A DNA stretch of 64,000 nt from a virus (Duplodnaviria; Caudoviricetes). A model generated the notes under the pieces. That model made no database searches and was not told where the DNA came from. It worked only from the letters and a program-made list of their open reading frames with translations. Of the stretch, positions 1 to 7,909 are shown one piece after another. The stretch covers positions 21,273 through 85,272 of IMG/VR virus record IMGVR_UViG_3300033121_001301; one strand, 5' to 3'. Position numbers and translations under genes: made by a program. The first letter of the stretch is position 1. Each line of letters opens with the position of its first letter.

Positions 1-335
1 GTGACAAACGAGTAAGGGCACTGAGAGGCGACTACAATGCCCTCCCACATGCCGATGTTTCTACCAAAGGCAAAGGCAGACTTGGCACCATCTGTGAACA
101 TGGCTTCTACCTTCTCCAGGCAGATGTGCAATCGCTTGCCCTTGGACTCTGCAATCGCTTTGAACTCCATCAACACAGCATAAGCCTGTGCAATGTCGAT
201 CTGCGCTCGCAGCTTCCCACCCTTTACTATCTGAGAGCAGGGAGTTGGCAAAGCTTTGATAGCAACTCCTGTCTCATCCAGAAGGGAAATGCCACCGAAA
301 GAACCAGGATCGATACCAGCTACCAGATAGTCCAT
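1..335 (-). CDS. RuvC-like Holliday junction resolvase (3' end outside window)
   Basis: Not in the ORF track because it has no stop in the window. Manual translation from ATG 335 gives MDYLVAGIDPGSFGGISLL...CLEKVEAM...SAFAFGRNIGMWEG, with the RuvC GIDPG motif, an acidic E and the AF.FG...G helix. The ATG overlaps the upstream TAA (TAATG). Confidence 0.8.
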   Translation of the reverse strand, partial: MDYLVAGIDPGSFGGISLLDETGVAIKALPTPCSQIVKGGKLRAQIDIAQAYAVLMEFKAIAESKGKRLHICLEKVEAMFTDGAKSAFAFGRNIGMWEGIVVASQCPYSFV

Positions 336-1129
336 TATTCGACCGCTCCACTAAAGAGCTTATAAAGCTCAAAGACCTTCCAGGAATCAGTAAGTGCCGT
401 GTGAGGTGCTTCCCTGATGTAAGCTGGCAGCTTTTCAGTCAATTGAAACTGCTTGGTGCAGAACTCACCAAGGTTCCAGTATACACCCTTTGCCCTGATC
501 TTGTTGAGTTCAAGAATCCAATCAAGATGGTCAATGAACTTCGGTATCTTGGTAGGGTTCAATTGAGCTGCTTTGACAATCAGACCAGTGTCTACCAGCT
601 TCTGATAGATAAATGGCCTGACACCCAGCTTGGAACAGTTGTGATGCATCATGTTGGCATCAAAGCTGAACAAGTTGTGACCACACGCAAACATCATGTG
701 TGTAGCATTGTATTGCTCAAAGAACTGCACCGTCAGATTGGACAAGGCCGTGAGCGACTCAGCTGGATGCCTTCCCAGAGATCGCAGCTCTACTGGATCA
801 GGCCGCTTGACATCAGGATGCTTTTCCTTCATCGCCTCATTGGTCTTACGGAATCGATCAATGTAGGTCTGGGCTTCAACTACATTAGGGCAGTCAAGCC
901 AGTTCAAATACGAGTGGAATACATGTTCCACTTTCAACTTCATGTTGGTTTGAACCACAAACAGTGCAGCTATCTCGTAGGCATAATCGCTCGTACAAGA
1001 AAGCCCCGTCGTTTCGCAATCAAAAATGATGAAGGCACAATCTCTCCCGAATGGGACGAGATTGTTCTTCATTTGAGCACATTTGAGAACGAAACTCGGG
1101 TCGACTACAGCGCTGGCTTCTGAGCCCAT
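335..1129 (-). CDS. DEDDh 3'-5' exonuclease (DnaQ-like)
   Basis: IIFDCETTGL (ExoI), GHNLFSFDA (ExoII), HTALTDS (ExoIII). Confidence 0.88.
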   Translation of the reverse strand: MGSEASAVVDPSFVLKCAQMKNNLVPFGRDCAFIIFDCETTGLSCTSDYAYEIAALFVVQTNMKLKVEHVFHSYLNWLDCPNVVEAQTYIDRFRKTNEAMKEKHPDVKRPDPVELRSLGRHPAESLTALSNLTVQFFEQYNATHMMFACGHNLFSFDANMMHHNCSKLGVRPFIYQKLVDTGLIVKAAQLNPTKIPKFIDHLDWILELNKIRAKGVYWNLGEFCTKQFQLTEKLPAYIREAPHTALTDSWKVFELYKLFSGAVE

Positions 1130-1623
1130 TTCTGCATATCCTTCAAAAGATTCGCTCGCTGCGAATCGGTCATGGATTCCATCATCTTCTTCATGCCTTC
1201 ACCCATGTTGAGCAGGCTCTCTTTCGAGAACATGGGAACAACCAGTTCTGGGTGAGCTGAACGTCGCATGAAAGCATAGAACCTTCCCAACAGGTTCTGA
1301 GCAATCAGAGTAAACACAATCTGCAGCACTGGCTCAGGTAGCCTGGTGAAGCCAGACTCTTCAATCGCATCCTGCAGAGAAAGACCCTCAGTCTTGTCAG
1401 CAGCAAAAATGACGAAATTAGCCAACGCTTCCGCTGCTGGCACCATGTCTTTCATCGTGATGTTGTGCTGCTTCACCAGATTGGCATAAGCGTGGTTCAA
1501 CGGGAGTAATTCGTCCACCATGTTGAAGGTAGTTTCCCGTATTATTTGCGCTGTCTGAGAAACGAGGTCTCGGTTTGGGTTGTACCAATGGCTTGACCCC
1601 ATTGGTCTTAATTCCACTGACAT
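1105..1623 (-). CDS. hypothetical protein
   Basis: Helical ORF in the operon. AGGAG precedes the ATG of MSVELRP, so the start is probably 1623 rather than 1629. Confidence 0.6.
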   Translation of the reverse strand: MSVELRPMGSSHWYNPNRDLVSQTAQIIRETTFNMVDELLPLNHAYANLVKQHNITMKDMVPAAEALANFVIFAADKTEGLSLQDAIEESGFTRLPEPVLQIVFTLIAQNLLGRFYAFMRRSAHPELVVPMFSKESLLNMGEGMKKMMESMTDSQRANLLKDMQKWAQKPAL

Positions 1624-2290
1624 TAGCAAGTCTCCTGTTTATGACATCTCGATTGTAACTCATGATAGAAGTCGAACAACCAAGATCAAAGTAAGTTAGC
1701 ATCGAAGAGTTACTTGCCTGCAAAAGGCAGTACCACATCAACTCTCGGACATCCTCTGGCTTCAATAGCCTCGGGTGCTTCGGCTTCCTATCCGAGTTTT
1801 CGTTCCTTGGCTTCTTACCGAATCCCATTTTCGGAGAAAGATAAACCAGGGACTGCTTGGAAAAAGTACGGGTGACCGTCTGACCAGCAAAAGGACCAAT
1901 AAGGACTCTGGACTGAACCTGATAGCACATGTCTGAGATACGTTGAGAACCCTCAGCTGTGATAACAGGACCAATACTCATGACTTCAGAAAGAGCCCAC
2001 ACAGGTTCAACAGGTAGTCCCAGATAAGCTGGCGATCGTCCTAGTCTGATCGACCCACACTGGTCTGCCAGAAAGTACGCCATTCTCGTCAGTTCCGCAT
2101 CGAACACCGAGTCAGTAGCGTGGTAGAACAAGGGATTGAGTGTAGTTGAAAGTGCAAACAACACTGATGACTTGCAATTACCTGGGGACTTACCGGTCAG
2201 CAGCTGTAATATCTCAGCGATCGCGATGGGTGCGTGGTCTTTACTCAAAGGCAGGTTAGGCTGCTTCTTGGCTTTCAACAATTCCGTCAT
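1418..2290 (-). CDS. hypothetical protein
   Basis: Long co-oriented ORF with a probable start at MTELL (2290). Its 3' end overlaps the next gene by about 206 nt. Confidence 0.55.
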   Translation of the reverse strand: MTELLKAKKQPNLPLSKDHAPIAIAEILQLLTGKSPGNCKSSVLFALSTTLNPLFYHATDSVFDAELTRMAYFLADQCGSIRLGRSPAYLGLPVEPVWALSEVMSIGPVITAEGSQRISDMCYQVQSRVLIGPFAGQTVTRTFSKQSLVYLSPKMGFGKKPRNENSDRKPKHPRLLKPEDVRELMWYCLLQASNSSMLTYFDLGCSTSIMSYNRDVINRRLANVSGIKTNGVKPLVQPKPRPRFSDSANNTGNYLQHGGRITPVEPRLCQSGEAAQHHDERHGASSGSVG

Positions 2291-2750
2291 CAAAGAAAGC
2301 AGAGTCATCGCCAAAGACCGCTGGGCTTTGAGCTTCTTGAGATTCGTTTTCGGCAAAGGGGGTGGGGGGCTTCGTTTCAATTTCGCCCAATTCTTCATCG
2401 AATTCTCCAGTCAGTAAGGTGTGATCTACGACAAAAGGCTCTTCCTCCTGATTGGCTTCAACAGCCTTCACAACATAGTCTCGAGCCACTGTAATGGGCT
2501 CAGTACCTGGAACCTTCAAACTCTCTTGAAGAATAGTCAGCAACTGAGAAACTGCATCAGCTCTGCGATTCAGCAGATTGAATACCTGTGACTTGTCAAC
2601 CTTGTTAACGAACAGTGTGTTAACCCGGCTGTCTACGAAATGTGCTTGAACTTCCATCTCGTCTGAGCTCACAACTCGTATGAGCCCAGCTGAGGAAGCT
2701 TCTGTTTCGAATAAAAGCACTACTATCGGTTTATCACTTGGCGTTGGCAT
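2256..2750 (-). CDS. hypothetical protein with acidic C-terminus
   Basis: 164 aa ORF in the operon with overlapping start/stop neighbours. Confidence 0.6.
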   Translation of the reverse strand: MPTPSDKPIVVLLFETEASSAGLIRVVSSDEMEVQAHFVDSRVNTLFVNKVDKSQVFNLLNRRADAVSQLLTILQESLKVPGTEPITVARDYVVKAVEANQEEEPFVVDHTLLTGEFDEELGEIETKPPTPFAENESQEAQSPAVFGDDSAFFDDGIVESQEAA

Positions 2751-3510
2751 CTGCTAAGTCTATTGCCTCCAGCCAGGCGTTAAGCTTGCATACGTTCTCA
2801 GTAAACCCAGGCGAGATGCTCTTAACGAGAGACAGCATGGATCGCTGTTTCTCGGTCAACGCAGCAACACCAGCCTGGTTAGCAGCGATCTTGTCAGCCA
2901 CATTCACGCCATCGCGAGCCTGTTGGTTAACAAAGTCATTCCACTTGTTGTAGAAATTATGCAATGCTTCTAGCTGCTTAGTCAACGACAATGTTGCAGA
3001 AGCAGACTCAGCAGCTGGTGCCTCACCGGTGACTGCTTTCACCTCAGCTTGAAGCTTTCGACAGGTCCAATCCTCTTCAGCACATGTCACTGCCACCGAG
3101 TCACGCTCAGATTCGTTCTTGATTCGGAGCAGAAAACGAACGTGAGTTGGTGTCCAAGTATAGGTCTTCGCATCCTTGGTTTTGAGCTCTTTCAGCTGAT
3201 CAAAGCCAGCATCATCGTAGGCTTCAGCAAACCTGATCGCGAATTGGATCTTTTGCTTGTAGGTGCTCAGCTTCTTGGCTACTTCGGCTGTGATCTTGGG
3301 ACCATAAAGATCCTGACCTTTGGCATCCACTAACTGGACACCCACAGCATGGATGGCTTCAAGCTCGACGTTCTCGCTGTTTCCCAGCAGTTGCTTAACA
3401 CTCTCACAGAGGTTCTCAACTGCCTTTTCCCTCTCTTCAGCTTTGGTGGTCAGCTCGTCGACAGCCTTGGCTACCTCTTCCATGACCGGTGCTTTTGCTT
3501 GCTTTGCCAT
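2734..3510 (-). CDS. DUF1016/YhcG N-terminal-like domain protein
   Basis: HAVGVQL..YGPKITAEVAKKL and WTPTHVRFLLRIKNESERDSVAVTCAEEDWTCRKLQAEV resemble the DUF1016_N pattern (iG..yG..ls..L; LsWsHy..Ll.v.d...R..y...a....Ws.r.L..qi). Confidence 0.6.
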   Translation of the reverse strand: MAKQAKAPVMEEVAKAVDELTTKAEEREKAVENLCESVKQLLGNSENVELEAIHAVGVQLVDAKGQDLYGPKITAEVAKKLSTYKQKIQFAIRFAEAYDDAGFDQLKELKTKDAKTYTWTPTHVRFLLRIKNESERDSVAVTCAEEDWTCRKLQAEVKAVTGEAPAAESASATLSLTKQLEALHNFYNKWNDFVNQQARDGVNVADKIAANQAGVAALTEKQRSMLSLVKSISPGFTENVCKLNAWLEAIDLADANAK

Positions 3511-3522
3511 GCCTGTTTCCTG

Positions 3523-4245
3523 TTAACTGCGTGTAAGACTGCATTTTATAAAAAAAAGGAACTGAGATCGATGTTTCCAAGTGGAAACATTGTGAGCCAC
3601 CCTGGCTGGTGGAGGGGCAGGTTGAGCGCCACAAGAGTAAAGAGCTGTCTTCCTCACCTGCCAGGACTCTCGCTTCTTAAGCCTGACACTGAATCCTCGC
3701 TTGGCTCCAAATCGCTTAAGGTGAATTTGAAGATCCTCGCTGTCCCCCTCCAGTAGCATTTGAAATCGCACGTCTTGAATGTCAGCAAGATAGCGAAGCA
3801 CCGTCGAAGGGAAAGCAACAACTGAACCCGGTGAAGAAACTCCTCGAACAATTCGAGAAGGAATTGCAACACTGGTACCCAGTTTTGAGCCTGGAACAAA
3901 CCTCTTGATTGCCTTGGATCCTGTCGCTTCTTCTACCAACAACTGCAATGGCTGATCCTTAAGCTTCTTCAGCTTTTTGTTAAGGTAAGGCAGAGTAGCC
4001 AGCATAGATACTCTAGCCCACTCCCATGGCAACTTAGCCATAGCAGTAGCATAAGGCTTTGATATCGATTTACAGAGATCGAAGACTACATGGCTGTTCC
4101 AGTATTTACCTTCAGAGTCAGCATGATTGAAAACAGTCTCATCTAGCTTCACTAAAGGTAGAAACTCTAAACCTAGCTCATCTCCCACAGCTTTTTGGAT
4201 ACAGTCTGTGACAAGAAGCCGTTCAGCGGGCAGATTAAATAGCAC
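3523..4245 (-). CDS. hypothetical protein (start and C-terminus uncertain)
   Basis: 240 aa ORF filling the gap in the operon. Its last codons run through an inverted repeat and an A tract. Confidence 0.45.
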   Translation of the reverse strand: MLFNLPAERLLVTDCIQKAVGDELGLEFLPLVKLDETVFNHADSEGKYWNSHVVFDLCKSISKPYATAMAKLPWEWARVSMLATLPYLNKKLKKLKDQPLQLLVEEATGSKAIKRFVPGSKLGTSVAIPSRIVRGVSSPGSVVAFPSTVLRYLADIQDVRFQMLLEGDSEDLQIHLKRFGAKRGFSVRLKKRESWQVRKTALYSCGAQPAPPPARVAHNVSTWKHRSQFLFFIKCSLTRS

Positions 4246-4718
4246 TGTCCATCCCCTTTCAGAGATGTGGAGACATAACCAGAGAAATGACGGTTAAGTG
4301 GGAACTCCCTTTTCCCCACCACTGAAAGACCTGGAAGTAGTTCCAGATCAGTAATCAACCATTGGCCGTTTTGATCAGCACCAAACAGTTGAACTGCTTC
4401 ACCCAGGTCAGATTTATCCAACCACTCAAAGCTCAGAGTGGTTACTCGCTTTACCTTGTTTCGAAACTGGTAAGCTGTGAATCTGGGCAGCTCAGGAATA
4501 AGCTCAATCAGGCAAGTGAGACGAAGATTGTCGTCAGCATGCCTTTCTTTTGAGAAGCGATAAGCGAGCTTCTTTGGCACTTTATAGTGACTAAGAATCT
4601 CTGTTACGCACCTGCTCTCGAACAAACATGCTAACCGGTGAGCTTGTTCTTGTTGAAGGAACTTGTCACCGGTTAGCACATCATCCGAGAAAGAAAGATC
4701 GTCAATCGGATTTGACAT
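4173..4718 (-). CDS. hypothetical protein
   Basis: 181 aa ORF directly downstream of recA. Confidence 0.6.
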   Translation of the reverse strand: MSNPIDDLSFSDDVLTGDKFLQQEQAHRLACLFESRCVTEILSHYKVPKKLAYRFSKERHADDNLRLTCLIELIPELPRFTAYQFRNKVKRVTTLSFEWLDKSDLGEAVQLFGADQNGQWLITDLELLPGLSVVGKREFPLNRHFSGYVSTSLKGDGQCYLICPLNGFLSQTVSKKLWEMS

Positions 4719-4736
4719 CGAATAACTCTAAACGGG

Positions 4737-6026
4737 CTACGCTGGAGGAACTGTCTCGAGTTCACCATGATTAGTCAACTCTGACAGATTAGCTGTAGCA
4801 CTCGGAATAGCTGAAGATGGAGCAGCTACAGGTTCGTACTTGATACGAGGAACGAAGTAGGGGTGCTCGTAGATGTTCAGGACAGTTCTGAGCGACTGCC
4901 TGATTTCTGGATCAGTGTTGATTCGCTTACCCATCTCAGAAGCTGATACGGCTTCCGATTCTGGAATACCCAAGGCTTTGCAGTGGTATCTGCCACCTGA
5001 GATGGCTTGGATATTGCAAATGCTTTTGATCCCTTTCATGGTCTCAGCTGAGAAGTTCTCAGAATCGATCAACAGCATGGTTGTCGCTTCATCCCAGTCC
5101 CACCAGGTAACTTGCCTGTTTTCAAGCTCGTCGTGACTCCAGTAGAGACCACAGACAAGAGAGCGGAACCCCTTAGTTCCAGCAAGTGTATTCTTGGGGA
5201 GCGAGAACCGTACTTTCTGACCTTTCACGTCAACTGTGTCTGTCTTGCCTGCATTGGCCATAAACAGATTGATTGCTGACATATACGCCAACTTTTGACC
5301 ACCAGAAGCTATCTGCTTGGGTGGGCCAAAGCTAGGCATCTGACCTTGCTGCTGATTGACATAGGTGTGAGTCGTGCCAACCAAAGTGATTGGATTACCC
5401 GACAACTTGTGGTTAGAGTACACTCTCAACCAGTCGCCAATCAGTTTTGCTTCTGTTGCATAAGACGAAGTAGCAAAGCCCTCTTCAAGAATGGATTTCG
5501 TCTTAGCCTTGCACAGAGCACCAACATACGAGTCAACACCGAAACAGATGGGAACGGTGTACTCGGGATTCTTATCGAAAAGCTTCAGAACACGATCTGT
5601 AGCCTTCATAATGTAAGCCTGCCAATCCTCCAGGATTTTGCATGGCCGAAACTCAAAGGCTTTTTGGTCATATTTAACGATGCTGTTGCGAAGAGTCTGA
5701 GAGTCTTTATCGCCCTCAGTACATCCAACACCACCACGCCCACCCAGCAGTCTGTGCCAACGAATCATCTCGTATAGCATAGCTGTCTTACCGACATGCG
5801 GTTCAGCTGTCAGACCCCAAGAGCGGCTCAATGGACAACCATTGACACCAAACAACCACTCCAGGCAGAAACCTGGGAATGGGATCACCAGCGTGTGGTT
5901 GGTGAAGTCAGCATCGATCTTACGAGAACCATGCTCGTAAGCCTGCTGAGACAACACACCATCCATAGCTGCATCTAGCTCTGAGCTAGTAGGTATCGCT
6001 GTTTCAACTTTCTTCTTCTTTGCCAT
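4737..6026 (-). CDS. recA: RecA/UvsX-like recombinase
   Basis: Pattern IP.PGFCLEWLFGVNG.P; Walker A variant AEPHVGKT; Walker B FGVDS; SGGQKLAYMSAINL; KN motif. Confidence 0.88.
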   Translation of the reverse strand: MAKKKKVETAIPTSSELDAAMDGVLSQQAYEHGSRKIDADFTNHTLVIPFPGFCLEWLFGVNGCPLSRSWGLTAEPHVGKTAMLYEMIRWHRLLGGRGGVGCTEGDKDSQTLRNSIVKYDQKAFEFRPCKILEDWQAYIMKATDRVLKLFDKNPEYTVPICFGVDSYVGALCKAKTKSILEEGFATSSYATEAKLIGDWLRVYSNHKLSGNPITLVGTTHTYVNQQQGQMPSFGPPKQIASGGQKLAYMSAINLFMANAGKTDTVDVKGQKVRFSLPKNTLAGTKGFRSLVCGLYWSHDELENRQVTWWDWDEATTMLLIDSENFSAETMKGIKSICNIQAISGGRYHCKALGIPESEAVSASEMGKRINTDPEIRQSLRTVLNIYEHPYFVPRIKYEPVAAPSSAIPSATANLSELTNHGELETVPPA

Positions 6027-6035
6027 CGACCTCTC

Positions 6036-6066
6036 CCAAAGAAGAGGGGGTCAATTGACCCCCTCT
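6036..6066 (-). terminator. intrinsic terminator-like hairpin between the SSB candidate and recA
   Basis: Perfect 24-bp palindrome AGAGGGGGTCAATTGACCCCCTCT at 6043-6066, followed by TCTTT on the minus strand. Confidence 0.65.
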
Positions 6067-6080
6067 CGTACCAACAGGAA

Positions 6081-7844
6081 CTACTGAGCTGCTTGCTGAA
6101 GCTGAGCCAGATTACTCAGACCACTGCTGATTCCAGCTGGGTTAATAGCAGGAGTTGGCAGAGGTGCTGGATTTACTGGCACAGCATGAGGGAAGTCAGC
6201 AACAGGGTTAGTTCCAGCAAAAGCTGCATCAACCACCGGAGGGGTGGCAACAGTTGGCTGGTCTGGGGCAGTTGGCCAAGGTCCAGTAGCTACAGCAGGC
6301 GCTGGTACACCACTGGTAAATCCAGCTGGAGCTGCGGCGGCAGCGGGATTAAAGCCTGCCATTGGGGGAACGCCCGCAGGAGCTCCTGGGAAGCCTGCTG
6401 GGGGAGCTGCATTGGCTGGATTCACCTGAGCAGGCTGAACCGCTGGTTGTTGCTGCACAAACGGTGCAGGCTGGCCAGCTGGCTGCGTGGGAGTAAATCC
6501 ACCTGGAGCCGCAGCTGGAGCCATAGCTGGAGCAGGAGCATAACCGCTCTGAGGTGGAAAGCCAGGTACACCAGGCTGTTGCCAAGCTGCAGCGGCAGCT
6601 GGTGGCTGAGTGCCGTGCGGGATAAATGGCGCAGCGGCAGGCTGAGCATATGTTTGACCAGACACCGGTGGGTGGATTGGAGCTGCACCAGGTGTGTTGG
6701 CATTGATTGAAGTGTGCTCGTAAGCAATCTGGCGAAGTTCGTCAGTGATGAAGTGAGGATACTTCTCCCAGGCGTACATCAAGACTTCTGGGTTGAACTG
6801 CCGATAGATAGTTTTCGCCTGATCCAGCGGAGACATGACCTGGATGATCTCGTCCAGAGGCACATAGCGATCGCGAATCATGTTGTACAAGAACGCATGT
6901 GGCTCTGGGTAGTTTAGCTTAGCTGGGAAGTTGCTGTTATCTTGAGGATAGCCAGGCAACGTTTTAGTGAAGAACCCAGAGTAACCAGCTTGTGGTTGCT
7001 GATTGTTAGTGGAAGTCTGCTGATAAACAGCCAGACTGTCGAGATTGGAGGCAGCTTGCCGAGGATCAGTACCAATCTTAAACACATGGAGAAAACGACC
7101 GAAATGAGTGCTAACAGGGTCACCATTTTCGAGCGAGTTCTCGAAGTCGTCAGGGTTACCCTGATAGTTTGGCTTAGCCTTGCCCATCTCTTTGATGACG
7201 CAGTCTTGCCAGAAGGCTGAGGAAAACTCGCCAACAATGGCGGTATCACCTTCTCGAACACCAATCGGTGGACCGTCGTTGAACACCTTGTTGCCAAAGC
7301 TGTGCTGATAAACCAGCACGTAGCAGATGTAGATGGAAGTCAGGTAGGGAAGATCCGCTCCCTTGCCTGTTGAACCCTTGATCAGACCACTCCAGTAGTG
7401 AGGAACCACTGGGCCACCGTGGAACAGGCGACGACCGTCAGGGAAAGCACCATTAGCCTTCTCTGCGTACTGCACCGCTCGCTGAATCTCATTACGCAGA
7501 ATCACCAGAGGGTTGGTGTTCTTATCCCAGGACTTGTTGATCTGGGGATTGTTGAGATAGATGGTGGGTTTGTTGTTACCGCAACCAATCGACTTTACTG
7601 CCGGGTAAGAGCGGAACCACGGAGAATACCGGACACCGAGACGGAAAGGCACCTCTGAATAAGGTGTCGTCTCTGTGTCGAAGCAGGGAAGCAAGCGGAA
7701 GATAGTAACCTTACCATCGTAGCTTGGGGAAACGATCTTGATGGGATACTTCGAATTAAAATTGATCCCACTGCGACCACTGGACTCTACCTGATTGGCA
7801 CCAGCGTCGTTGTCTGAAGTGAAGAACCGATCCATACCAGCCAT
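6081..7844 (-). CDS. putative gp32-like ssDNA-binding protein with long Pro/Ala/Gln-rich C-terminal tail
   Basis: IFRLLP..WFRSY resembles the gp32 IRFLP start. It lies between the polymerase and recA, has a strong RBS (GAGGAG) and a downstream terminator. The last ~200 aa are low complexity. Confidence 0.5.
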   Translation of the reverse strand: MAGMDRFFTSDNDAGANQVESSGRSGINFNSKYPIKIVSPSYDGKVTIFRLLPCFDTETTPYSEVPFRLGVRYSPWFRSYPAVKSIGCGNNKPTIYLNNPQINKSWDKNTNPLVILRNEIQRAVQYAEKANGAFPDGRRLFHGGPVVPHYWSGLIKGSTGKGADLPYLTSIYICYVLVYQHSFGNKVFNDGPPIGVREGDTAIVGEFSSAFWQDCVIKEMGKAKPNYQGNPDDFENSLENGDPVSTHFGRFLHVFKIGTDPRQAASNLDSLAVYQQTSTNNQQPQAGYSGFFTKTLPGYPQDNSNFPAKLNYPEPHAFLYNMIRDRYVPLDEIIQVMSPLDQAKTIYRQFNPEVLMYAWEKYPHFITDELRQIAYEHTSINANTPGAAPIHPPVSGQTYAQPAAAPFIPHGTQPPAAAAAWQQPGVPGFPPQSGYAPAPAMAPAAAPGGFTPTQPAGQPAPFVQQQPAVQPAQVNPANAAPPAGFPGAPAGVPPMAGFNPAAAAAPAGFTSGVPAPAVATGPWPTAPDQPTVATPPVVDAAFAGTNPVADFPHAVPVNPAPLPTPAINPAGISSGLSNLAQLQQAAQ

Positions 7845-7909
7845 GCGAAACTCCTCAATGAAGGTTTGATTTTGTAGGTGAAAAAAGTCAAACGACTAGT
7901 GAACAGCAT

